Positions 28,772 to 37,313 of a stretch of 64,000 bases of DNA are shown here, in pieces. The notes under the pieces are model-generated. The model did no database searches, was not told the origin of the DNA, and saw nothing but the letters and a program-made list of their open reading frames with translations. Position 1 is the first letter of the stretch, and each line of letters opens with the position of its first letter. Made by a program: the position numbers and the translations under genes. Source of the DNA: a virus; the IMG/VR virus record IMGVR_UViG_3300025326_000029, positions 2,390-66,389 of that record; one strand, given 5' to 3'.

Positions 28772-29544
28772 TCTTGTAAACGACTCAGAGGTAACTCTAA
28801 ATCTGGATAGATTCTCGCAAGAGGGCTACCATCAGGTGCTCCACTTTCATGCACATGAGCTACGCGTACAACAGTGTCTATCCAGGACTGAAAACCGTTT
28901 CTAGCAGCTTCCAAGCAAAACCACTCACCATGTTCAATGACTCCCGTCGCCGCATTTTCATCTATTGAGTTACCAAACTTTGGTCCTGGCTGTTGCTCGT
29001 ACCATCTTGGACGCTCAGAAACATCAATTTCGAAGCACTCACTTCTAATGACCATGTTATCTGTACTCGGCCAGCCGACCGGTACAAGATCGCCACTTAA
29101 AAGTTCCTCTTGAGGAACATCGTCCTGGCATTGAGTTAGAGAGCCATCTCGTATGACCCATCTGCGCGCACAAGCCAAACTAACGTCTGTGCGTCCACTA
29201 ATCAAAGCAGAAACGATTGGGAGATCGTGGCTGATTAACCCCTGAAAATCAGCCTGACTGCGATAGAGAGCGTCCATCCCTTGCCAAAGCATTTTGTCAT
29301 AGCCATTTTCAATTGCAAGTTCGCGCGTCTCTTCGCGTGCATAAGAAACGATATCTTCAACCATTTGTAATCCGGAAGGAAGTTGAATTTCGTCGCCTGG
29401 ATAATCGCCAGCCCAGATGACGTCTACATTTTCCACTCCACGTACGCAAGCCAACATCATCTCAGATAATGCGTCGCGGACATAGTTTTTAGTGAAGCCA
29501 TAACGGGATACGCACAGAAGAAGACGGCCATTCACAATGACCAC
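28756..29544 (-). CDS. Putative GT-A fold glycosyltransferase
   Basis: AREETRELA..GYDKMLWQGMD, LPIVSA, MVIRSECF, GFQSWIDTVVRVAH. Confidence 0.65.
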   Translation of the reverse strand: MVIVNGRLLLCVSRYGFTKNYVRDALSEMMLACVRGVENVDVIWAGDYPGDEIQLPSGLQMVEDIVSYAREETRELAIENGYDKMLWQGMDALYRSQADFQGLISHDLPIVSALISGRTDVSLACARRWVIRDGSLTQCQDDVPQEELLSGDLVPVGWPSTDNMVIRSECFEIDVSERPRWYEQQPGPKFGNSIDENAATGVIEHGEWFCLEAARNGFQSWIDTVVRVAHVHESGAPDGSPLARIYPDLELPLSRLQEWALW

Positions 29545-30335
29545 TTATCGTCAAGAATGATTTTATTAGCCTGCTGATGAGGAATCTGTTCCTCCCATTC
29601 ATCAGCAAAATAAAGACGATGTGGCAAGGAGTATGCTACGCTATTACCTATCATAAGAAGTGAATAGTTCATTGTTTCAGCTTCAGCAGCTAATGCTTGA
29701 TTTTCATAAGCTTGTCCTCGACCAAAGTCTTCATCAAAACGTAATCCATCTCGCACTGCATTCATAGGTATTGCAGCCCAATTCAATTCCCAGCTAATTG
29801 GGTTAATAAAACAGATATCTAATTCCGATTGTAGTTTATAACTACGCACATCACGCCAGAGTAAACTGTTGATGTCTGGAGGTCCGATAAACGGATCGAC
29901 AAACACTGTATACAGTCCTTCCGGATCAATAACTTTTTCTACTTCTGGATTATTTGTAATATGCGTTATACCAGTTAATAGTGAGTCCATGCTTCCGCTA
30001 TGAAAGACAAACTTCTCTAAGTTACCAGGCGGTAGCCAAATATAATCTTGTAATGAAACAAATAATTCTACGTCAAGCTCCATCGCAAGTTCAAAACCCA
30101 TGTTGTACCAACGTGGTAATTCACTGTAGTATCCTTCACGTTTTTTAGAAGTATCAAAGTAAACAATAGGACAGAGATCGCGTGAGATTTCGTCGTAAAG
30201 ACTAGCTCTTGCGGACAAGTGATCGTCTCCAATGATCCAGATAAGATCATGCTGTCCGAGTTGATTGCGAATCGCGTCTACGCTCACATCGATTCCGCCC
30301 CACCGTTTAGTGGGTGTGAAGATCGCTATCTTCAC
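29532..30335 (-). CDS. Putative GT-A (GT2-like) glycosyltransferase
   Basis: IAIFTPTKR, WIIGDD, YNMG, LQDYIW, FDEDFG. Confidence 0.75.
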   Translation of the reverse strand: MKIAIFTPTKRWGGIDVSVDAIRNQLGQHDLIWIIGDDHLSARASLYDEISRDLCPIVYFDTSKKREGYYSELPRWYNMGFELAMELDVELFVSLQDYIWLPPGNLEKFVFHSGSMDSLLTGITHITNNPEVEKVIDPEGLYTVFVDPFIGPPDINSLLWRDVRSYKLQSELDICFINPISWELNWAAIPMNAVRDGLRFDEDFGRGQAYENQALAAEAETMNYSLLMIGNSVAYSLPHRLYFADEWEEQIPHQQANKIILDDKWSL

Positions 30336-30526
30336 TGCAACCCTAATTCCTCCGTAATCATTTCTTCAACGTTTTCAAGCTCAAAGCAATCGCGACAAAG
30401 AGAAAAATAACGAGGGGGTTTTACCATGACGCAGTAAGAGAAAGTGTCACGGCTAAGACATAGCAAGCATGGTTCCAATAGAGCGATTGCTAAGCCTACC
30501 CGCACCTTTCTCTCATCTTCGATCAC
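30332..30526 (-). CDS. Small Zn-finger protein
   Basis: CLLC...CRDC. Confidence 0.5.
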   Translation of the reverse strand: MIEDERKVRVGLAIALLEPCLLCLSRDTFSYCVMVKPPRYFSLCRDCFELENVEEMITEELGLQ

Positions 30527-30801
30527 TACGCTGGCGTAGCACTTTTAACAAGCGAAACAACAGCATCTCTCTGAATTGCAAGCTGTTCTTCTACTTCAGC
30601 TGCGCACTCCTCTAAGCCTGCTCGTCGCTCAGAAGGCGTATCTTTCACCCAACGTTCGATCAAAATCGGGCCGATCGTAACGTTGCTGTACTGAGGAAGA
30701 CCGAAAAGCTCTGAGACTTGCACGCAGACACGAGCTAGTGGTCGACCCTCTTCATCCGTGAACGCCTGTCCCGGTGAAGGGACAGGCGCCGCGGTAGGCA
30801 T
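30526..30801 (-). CDS. Hypothetical protein
   Basis: 91 aa, abutting both neighbours. Confidence 0.65.
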   Translation of the reverse strand: MPTAAPVPSPGQAFTDEEGRPLARVCVQVSELFGLPQYSNVTIGPILIERWVKDTPSERRAGLEECAAEVEEQLAIQRDAVVSLVKSATPA

Positions 30802-31122
30802 CTAACTCTCTCCGAAGACGAAGCGAGTGACCTTCTCTGTGCGTACAGTGATCGGATTCCAAGAACGCAACGGTGTCGCTACATATGTCCCCTCAGACAG
30901 CTCAGCCAGCTCTAGCGCCAACTTGATCGCGATATCAGCATTGGCTGCGCGCAGCGTCGAGACCTCTTCGTAGCTCCTATCGCCTGTCTCCTTCAAGACA
31001 ACGTACTCAGTCGTACGCTCTTCGCCCTTGCGCGGACGACCACGCTTACGCTTTGGCGTCTCTTCCCCCGCCTCGTCAGGCATTGACGGCGCGAAGGGGT
31101 CAACGCTCTCCGTGGTTGACAT
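30802..31122 (-). CDS. AT-hook-containing DNA-binding protein
   Basis: KRKRGRPRK; AAAGGAG RBS. Confidence 0.7.
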   Translation of the reverse strand: MSTTESVDPFAPSMPDEAGEETPKRKRGRPRKGEERTTEYVVLKETGDRSYEEVSTLRAANADIAIKLALELAELSEGTYVATPLRSWNPITVRTEKVTRFVFGES

Positions 31123-31151
31123 CTTACTCCTTTCCTCGAGTGTGTGTCTTA

Positions 31152-31199
31152 ATCATAGCACAGAACACGTGGAAAAGAAAGAAAAATCATGTTTTCCAC
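31152..31199 (-). promoter_or_regulatory. Extended -10 promoter (TGCTATGAT) with adjacent inverted repeat GTGGAAAA-N15-TTTTCCAC
   Basis: Motifs read directly in the intergenic gap downstream of an HTH gene. Confidence 0.5.
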
Positions 31200-31236
31200 A
31201 GGTTCCGCCCAAAAATACGTAGGGTCGCAAGCGGTT

Positions 31237-31533
31237 CTATCGCTGTCCACTTTTACGCGAACGGATGTTGCGGAGATGCTTGTCAATCTCTTCGTGAGTC
31301 GGCTTATAATGAGGTAAACCGCTGCCAGGTCTGAAATCCTCTTGTGAAATCCACTCAAGGATGGCCTTGATCTGCTCAGCGGTCCAGAAGCGCCTGTTGT
31401 CAACCGATCGGTAAGGCTGTAGCGCTTGTGGGAACTTCTTACTGTAGCCCCAGGCGCGCAACGTGTGCGGTCGCCTGTTCAGCAGCTTCGCTGCCTCGCT
31501 GATGTAAATTCGCTCTATCCTGTCGATCGTCAC
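31237..31533 (-). CDS. MerR/excisionase-like HTH protein
   Basis: YISEAAKLLNRRPHTLRAW...RRFWT. Confidence 0.8.
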   Translation of the reverse strand: MTIDRIERIYISEAAKLLNRRPHTLRAWGYSKKFPQALQPYRSVDNRRFWTAEQIKAILEWISQEDFRPGSGLPHYKPTHEEIDKHLRNIRSRKSGQR

Positions 31534-33040
31534 CGTGTGTTCCCCTTATTTCTCTCCCGATGCCATCTTTAGTATAAATAGCTAAATTTTGTGGAGAATA
31601 AACTTCTCGAATTCGAGAAGCATATTGTCCTTTTGCTATTCCCTCATCGACAAAGTCGTAAATGATGGCATCATTCTTTTTTGTATGTCGTCGTTTTATT
31701 CTTCCTATCCGTTGCGTGACAGGTGTTGCTGCCTTATACGGCCAAGCGAGAAAAAGTCTGTCAAGTCTCGGAATATCAAGCGCTTCGCCGCCAATAGTCG
31801 AGAATATAGCAACTCGACCAGCGTCAGCAAACTCAGCAATAGCTAATCTTTCTGTTCTATCTTGCGCTCCAGTAAGATCAATTGCTCTTCCAGGAGATAA
31901 GCCATTTTTAATTGCCAGCTGCTTTAGACGTTGTAGATGTTCAAGACGTTGACTCAATACCATGCAGGCATGCCCCGCCAGCGTCTCTTGCGCAATTAGC
32001 TCAGCAATTAAACGATTACGAGTCTCATCTCTGGTTAATGCAGTTAAGATGTCCTGGTAATTATTTCTGTGGACTCTTCGACCATATCTCTTGCAATCTT
32101 CATAACCGCAATCCCTGCCATTACTTCCTGCCGGATGTGTCGGCCAGAAGGGATGAAAGAAATTAGTATCGACTCTTATAACTTTTGGTTTTACGAGAAT
32201 TCCTTCTTGAAATAGATCTTCCTCCCTTGTCACGTGGAACACTGGTCCTAGTACAGCCTCTGCTAGCGGTAGCATTCCTTCTGAGTGTTCCGGGGTGGCG
32301 CTGACACCGATTCGGTAGCGAGCAGACATCTTCGACAAAATGCTTTGGTAGGTACTAGCAGACAAATGTTGACACTCATCGAGAAAGACGGCGCCCCATT
32401 GGTCAAACCAGCCACTTTGTTCTAGCTCTTCGTGCTTGCTCCAGAGTGTCTGCACCATCGCTACCGTAAGATCACGCTCTTGCCACCAGCCATCCCCAAT
32501 CAACCCCATATCGCAGCCAAGATGTTCTCTTGCGCGCTGCCGCCACTGTTCAGCGATATTGGTAAGGCCGACAAGGATGAGGCCGCGCTGATTTAGTTTA
32601 CGCGCTAAGGCAAGTACTGCGACTGTTTTCCCGGCTCCAGTAGGAGCTTGCCAGATCCCCTGCTGATGAGCAGCCATCTCTTTGATGGCAACTTTCTGAT
32701 GTTCCCAAAGCCGTGGCTCGTACAGCTCAGAGAAATCACACGGTGCGCTTGTGCGTTCATCAACAAATTCCACTCCTACTCCGTGCATTTGCAGCCCTAC
32801 CCTCAGCGTTGACGCAAAGCCACGGGGGAGGCGTAAAAAGTTTCTGTCTAGCCTCCAAAGGTCAATCGTGTTTGGTATTCCCTCCCAGTTCCAGATCATC
32901 TCACGCTTAGCGCTTTCTTTCTCTGGATTATCGAATGAAAGCGCATGCAAGATTTGCTCCTCAGCCCCTGGCGGCAAAGCGCTTCTTGCCAGCACAAGCT
33001 CACGTCCCACGATCACTAGTACATTCATCTGACCTTCCAA
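31439..33040 (-). CDS. Superfamily II (DEAD/DEAH-like) helicase
   Basis: APTGAGKT, DECQH, SAT, QRIGRIKR. Confidence 0.92.
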   Translation of the reverse strand: MEGQMNVLVIVGRELVLARSALPPGAEEQILHALSFDNPEKESAKREMIWNWEGIPNTIDLWRLDRNFLRLPRGFASTLRVGLQMHGVGVEFVDERTSAPCDFSELYEPRLWEHQKVAIKEMAAHQQGIWQAPTGAGKTVAVLALARKLNQRGLILVGLTNIAEQWRQRAREHLGCDMGLIGDGWWQERDLTVAMVQTLWSKHEELEQSGWFDQWGAVFLDECQHLSASTYQSILSKMSARYRIGVSATPEHSEGMLPLAEAVLGPVFHVTREEDLFQEGILVKPKVIRVDTNFFHPFWPTHPAGSNGRDCGYEDCKRYGRRVHRNNYQDILTALTRDETRNRLIAELIAQETLAGHACMVLSQRLEHLQRLKQLAIKNGLSPGRAIDLTGAQDRTERLAIAEFADAGRVAIFSTIGGEALDIPRLDRLFLAWPYKAATPVTQRIGRIKRRHTKKNDAIIYDFVDEGIAKGQYASRIREVYSPQNLAIYTKDGIGREIRGTHGDDRQDRANLHQRGSEAAEQATAHVARLGLQ

Positions 33041-33267
33041 CTGTTAGGCTCGAACCCTGCCGCGGTTTTGGCCGCGTTGAAGGAGCCGAACGCGCGGATG
33101 AAGGTCAGATAGCTGGGGTAGTGCGTGCCACGCACCCCCGCAAAGTCTCTCGCCGTCGGTGGTCGCCCCAACTCGCGACTGCGTTCTTGCATCAATCTGA
33201 TCAGAAGCAATCTTCGGCGTTCTACTCGTACTCGAGCTAGCTCAGCCTTGTTCCAGTCGTCCATCAT
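33025..33267 (-). CDS. Homing-endonuclease-associated-repeat-like DNA-binding protein
   Basis: ELGRPPT..DF...PSY..FIRAFGSFNAAK.AAG. Confidence 0.75.
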   Translation of the reverse strand: MMDDWNKAELARVRVERRRLLLIRLMQERSRELGRPPTARDFAGVRGTHYPSYLTFIRAFGSFNAAKTAAGFEPNSWKVR

Positions 33268-33275
33268 GGATAGCT

Positions 33276-33304
33276 AGTTTACAACATGTTTACGCCTAGG
33301 TCAA
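33276..33304 (-). promoter_or_regulatory. Housekeeping-sigma promoter, probably leaderless
   Basis: TTGACC-N17-TAAACT, ATG 8 nt downstream, no SD. Confidence 0.7.
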
Positions 33305-33318
33305 TAATGGACGATGGC

Positions 33319-33513
33319 TTAAGAGGGTGGCACCCACCAAACTGTGATCTGAGGATTGCCTGTTGGCGTCATTCCCATTTCCCATTTGATCGTTCCCTTG
33401 CTAGGTGCGCCTAGATCAAACGTCATTGTGCGTTGTTGTTCAACAATACGTGAAAAAAGATCACGAATAAAAGAGTCAAAATTAGTTTGTGGCTCAGGAA
33501 TAATAGAAGACAT
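33319..33513 (-). CDS. Small hypothetical protein
   Basis: 64 aa directly after the tail collar gene. Confidence 0.55.
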   Translation of the reverse strand: MSSIIPEPQTNFDSFIRDLFSRIVEQQRTMTFDLGAPSKGTIKWEMGMTPTGNPQITVWWVPPS

Positions 33514-33515
33514 TA

Positions 33516-34241
33516 TTATGCACGCATTATTTTATTAACTATGATCGTTGGTGGTATGTTTTGATGAGCCTGATCAGAACCAGTGTTATTAACATTGATA
33601 GTAGCGCTAGTAGCAGTTGTTGTTTTATTCACTGTCTGATTAGAGTGATAAGGCCAGTTGCCACCAGCTTCAGCCCAAGTCATCAGGTTGCCATCGTTGA
33701 TGGCGAATCCAGTTTGTCCTGCATCTCCGCCTGGTGTGCCAAATGGGGCTCCTCCGTAAACGACAACAAGCGGTGTTGTATGTGAGTGGCTAGGACTCGT
33801 AGCTGAATGATTGTGCGCAGGCATCTGAAGAGATGTGATGACGACTGCTTCTTGGCCTCCAGCTAGCCCTAGTATTCGTCCGTCTAAGCCAGCCCCAGCA
33901 ATCGTAACTCTGTTTGCGGCAGTACCTCCCATGTCATCCTTACCTACTCCTGAGCGACCTCTGTAATCAGGAAGATTGAACGTCGTCGATCCATCACCAA
34001 CCCCGTATGGATAGCCAGATGATTGTGCGATAAGATGCAAGGCGGCAAAAGTCGCACGTGATACAGCTTGCCCATAAGGGAGCACGTAGCCAACTGGGAT
34101 CTCGCTGGCACCCCAAGGCCAGTCAAGCACCGAACCGACTGGCATAGAGTTACTGCCTCCAACATGCTCAAGACGAGCTAGGCGGACGTCAATTTCGCCC
34201 AAAGACGCAAATAAGTCTTCCTGTCGCAGTGATCTGGTCAC
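33516..34241 (-). CDS. Tail collar domain (fibre) protein
   Basis: PVGSVL, GQAVSRATFAAL, GDGSTTFNLPDYRGR, MPAHNH, HQNIPP. Confidence 0.92.
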   Translation of the reverse strand: MTRSLRQEDLFASLGEIDVRLARLEHVGGSNSMPVGSVLDWPWGASEIPVGYVLPYGQAVSRATFAALHLIAQSSGYPYGVGDGSTTFNLPDYRGRSGVGKDDMGGTAANRVTIAGAGLDGRILGLAGGQEAVVITSLQMPAHNHSATSPSHSHTTPLVVVYGGAPFGTPGGDAGQTGFAINDGNLMTWAEAGGNWPYHSNQTVNKTTTATSATINVNNTGSDQAHQNIPPTIIVNKIMRA

Positions 34242-37200
34242 GATATCGCCGTTTCAAGCGAAACTACTTGCTCGTTGTCTTCATCATCAATCTGAAGTGT
34301 TGCCTTAAAAACTCGCATTGCCTGTTTTTCTGTCTTGATATTTCCATAATCAACTGATAAATAGACTTTGTCACCCAAGTAATAATCTTTGAACAGACGT
34401 GGTTGCGGAACAGATTCACTATATGGCATTGGCACAATTTCCCAAGACACTCGCGGTAAACTTCTAAGTGCAACTTCTACTCCAGCATATGCTCCTGCGA
34501 TCCCCTGTTGTACTGTTCCAATTGTAATATAGTCCTCGAGTCTTCCGTAACGAGCCTCACTTATAGTATCTTCTGCAAATTCTGCCAAACTCCCTGCGCC
34601 ACCTTGCACTGTTACGTAGTTAGCTAGAATTGATCCATCTTTAATTCGCCGCACATTTTGAATATTACTAGTCGCTACGTTATAAGCAAATAATGCATTA
34701 GGTCTGTCTGTCATATATTGTCCATAGATTTCTAGAGTACGTGTAATTGGATCAACTATAAAGTCGAAACCACTTTCAACATCTGAAAGCTCTTTAATCA
34801 TTCTACCAATATTATAGAACTTTTCATATGTAGCAGAGCGAATTTGTGTTGGTTCAGTGTAACCAATTCTTACATACGGGGCGGGAGGAGAATAAGTACT
34901 TAAACTGGAAATAGCATCGTTCACGATCGTAGCTGCATCAACGTCTGTGAAGATCATTTTTATAGGCAAGAAGCGATGATTAAGCTCTTCGAACCAGCCA
35001 ACTGCGACTACATTCATTGTTTCATCGGGCAAATTTTCTTCAATTGTCCATACAGGTCCTGACCAAACGACTTCATCATCCCGTAACACCATGATGCAAT
35101 GTTCAACTGGAGAAATTTCTTGAGCTAGGTCGCTGTTAACTGGCATAGTAAAATTAGCAGATCCTGGTTCGTTCAAAGCAAGTGTTAGTTGCTTATTCCT
35201 AGCAAATATTAGAGAGCCAATTCGTGTCATATCATCAGAATTAGCTAAGACAAACTCCCATCGTGTACGCTTTAGCTTAGTAGTAAAACTTGCTGGTTCA
35301 AAAATGTGACCAAAAGCTTCTTCTGAGGAGATACCGATAGCGAAAATAACGTTAGGTTGTATAGTAGTAATTGTTCCAAAAGCTTCTTGAGAAGTGATGC
35401 CTACAACAGTAATTTGACTTGGCAATATAGGTTCAATTATGCTAAAAGCTTCTTCGCTTGTGATACCTACAATCACTAATTTCTGATTTAGCTTAAGCGT
35501 TCCAAAAGCTTCTCCTGAAGCGATTCCAGCAGGAAAGACTGCTAGACCAATAGTTACTGCTCCTGCTCCGAACGCTTCCTGCGAATCGATTCCTACTACC
35601 GAGAAACTGACGTTGAGTTTTGGCGCTCCAAAGGCTTCCTCTGATCCAATTCCAGCAGTAGACACAACAAGTTTGGCTGTAACTGTTCCAAAAGCTTCTT
35701 CTGAGGCGACGCCAGTAACAGAGAAACGTTGATTGGTTGCGGTTTCTCCAAAAGCTTCTTCTGAAGTGATCCCAACTACAGAAAATTGTATATTCAGCTT
35801 TGGGGCGCCAAATGCTTCTTGGGAAGCCATCCCAGCTGGTTGGACATCTGAATCAGTACGAATAGCTCCAAAAGCTTCTTCTGAAGTTATTCCTGTAACA
35901 GCAACAATAACACTGGAAATTTGAATAATAACTGCTCCTAGCGCCTCCTCCGAAGAAATGCCAGTAACAGTTATATTTTGTGGGACAATTAGTGTTCCGA
36001 ACGCTTCTTCAGAAGCGATACCAAAAGGCAAAATAGATAGATCTATGCCACCGTATGAATCAGTTCCGTAGGTGTTAGCTCCATAGACATATCGCGAGAC
36101 TGCATTTACTGCCAGCGCAGATGTCCATGGACTGTACCGTTCTTCAAGAGGTAAATCAGGAGGAATAGCGTTAATATTATACGATGTTGCCCATGAACCA
36201 AAGTGAAATGCACCAAAAGGTGCGGCGTTGATTTGAGTAGAGGTAGACCAGGCAGAACTATGCTCGTCACCGGTTGATACAAATGATGTCGAATTAATGT
36301 TTGAAGAGCTAGACCATGCACCAATATTCATAAAAGGTGGTGGCGGCGGCGGTGGTGGTGTTACTCCACCGAGACTTGTAGGTACACGAAAAGCATTCTC
36401 ATTAAAATCAGCCAAACGCTCCCAACTGGTATCTCCATAATTAGTTCCACAACCATAATAAATACTATATGCATCAGTACCATAAAATGTCGGGCGATCA
36501 GCCAATGCTTCAAACAACGTTTTTCCAACGCGAGGCAATGTAAAATCACTTTGCGCTGAAGGTGGCGTCAAGTGGCTCACTGGATGATAATTACCACACC
36601 ATAGATTAATCCAATATCGACCCCAAGTTGTTGGATCATCACTTTGTGTATTGTAATTTCGTCTTGAGATAACCGGGGTATCATTTCCATTTAGCCAGAC
36701 ATCAAGTTCGCCAGGGCGTACACTGGATCCATCAGTTCTACCAAAAACTACTCGAATAATCCAGTCGTGCCAAAGACCATCTTCAGGTTTGGGAAGTATC
36801 ATTGACGCTCTAGTGTTTGCTGGACCATACTCAGCAACAATTTCATAATGAGGTGAAGATACTACAAGACCATCATCATGGGTATGTGGCCCTACATAAT
36901 CAAATGCAAGTGGTGAGACGCCATACCAAGGAAATGGTGTAACCCCTCCTCCAGCACAGTCATGCCAATTTAACCAGCGCCAGGGATATTTAAATCCCGC
37001 AGTTACTTTCATGCTGACCACGAACCACCATTCATCATGACCCTTAATTCCAGTTCTTGGATCAGTTTTTCGCGGATCAGTCATGATAAAACGATTAACA
37101 CTACCATCTCCATTTGGACTTTGATATAGTGTCGTAGGACTGGCACTGAATAAAAATACACTGGCATAATGATTAGAACCGCAAGGAGGATAACCAATCT

Positions 37201-37246
37201 CTCTTAGATTGGGTGGAGTTGTTACCCGATATGTGACTAATCCCAA
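34238..37246 (-). CDS. Modular minor tail protein: lyase/lectin-like domain, Pro linker, repeats, Gp37-like tail-tip domain
   Basis: N-terminal WHDWIIRVVFG..GELDVWLNG; P9; 12 GIxSxEAFG repeats; C-terminal WSGPVW...YYLGDKV. Confidence 0.8.
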   Translation of the reverse strand: MGLVTYRVTTPPNLREIGYPPCGSNHYASVFLFSASPTTLYQSPNGDGSVNRFIMTDPRKTDPRTGIKGHDEWWFVVSMKVTAGFKYPWRWLNWHDCAGGGVTPFPWYGVSPLAFDYVGPHTHDDGLVVSSPHYEIVAEYGPANTRASMILPKPEDGLWHDWIIRVVFGRTDGSSVRPGELDVWLNGNDTPVISRRNYNTQSDDPTTWGRYWINLWCGNYHPVSHLTPPSAQSDFTLPRVGKTLFEALADRPTFYGTDAYSIYYGCGTNYGDTSWERLADFNENAFRVPTSLGGVTPPPPPPPPFMNIGAWSSSSNINSTSFVSTGDEHSSAWSTSTQINAAPFGAFHFGSWATSYNINAIPPDLPLEERYSPWTSALAVNAVSRYVYGANTYGTDSYGGIDLSILPFGIASEEAFGTLIVPQNITVTGISSEEALGAVIIQISSVIVAVTGITSEEAFGAIRTDSDVQPAGMASQEAFGAPKLNIQFSVVGITSEEAFGETATNQRFSVTGVASEEAFGTVTAKLVVSTAGIGSEEAFGAPKLNVSFSVVGIDSQEAFGAGAVTIGLAVFPAGIASGEAFGTLKLNQKLVIVGITSEEAFSIIEPILPSQITVVGITSQEAFGTITTIQPNVIFAIGISSEEAFGHIFEPASFTTKLKRTRWEFVLANSDDMTRIGSLIFARNKQLTLALNEPGSANFTMPVNSDLAQEISPVEHCIMVLRDDEVVWSGPVWTIEENLPDETMNVVAVGWFEELNHRFLPIKMIFTDVDAATIVNDAISSLSTYSPPAPYVRIGYTEPTQIRSATYEKFYNIGRMIKELSDVESGFDFIVDPITRTLEIYGQYMTDRPNALFAYNVATSNIQNVRRIKDGSILANYVTVQGGAGSLAEFAEDTISEARYGRLEDYITIGTVQQGIAGAYAGVEVALRSLPRVSWEIVPMPYSESVPQPRLFKDYYLGDKVYLSVDYGNIKTEKQAMRVFKATLQIDDEDNEQVVSLETAIS
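35310..36030 (-). repeat. Twelve ~20-aa coding repeats (GIxS[E/Q]EAFG)
   Basis: Counted in the translation. Confidence 0.85.
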
Positions 37247-37313
37247 GTTTTACTACCCTTAGGTAAACGTAGAATCCGCCGGGAAGTCACCAGATTCATC
37301 TATAAGTGGGATG

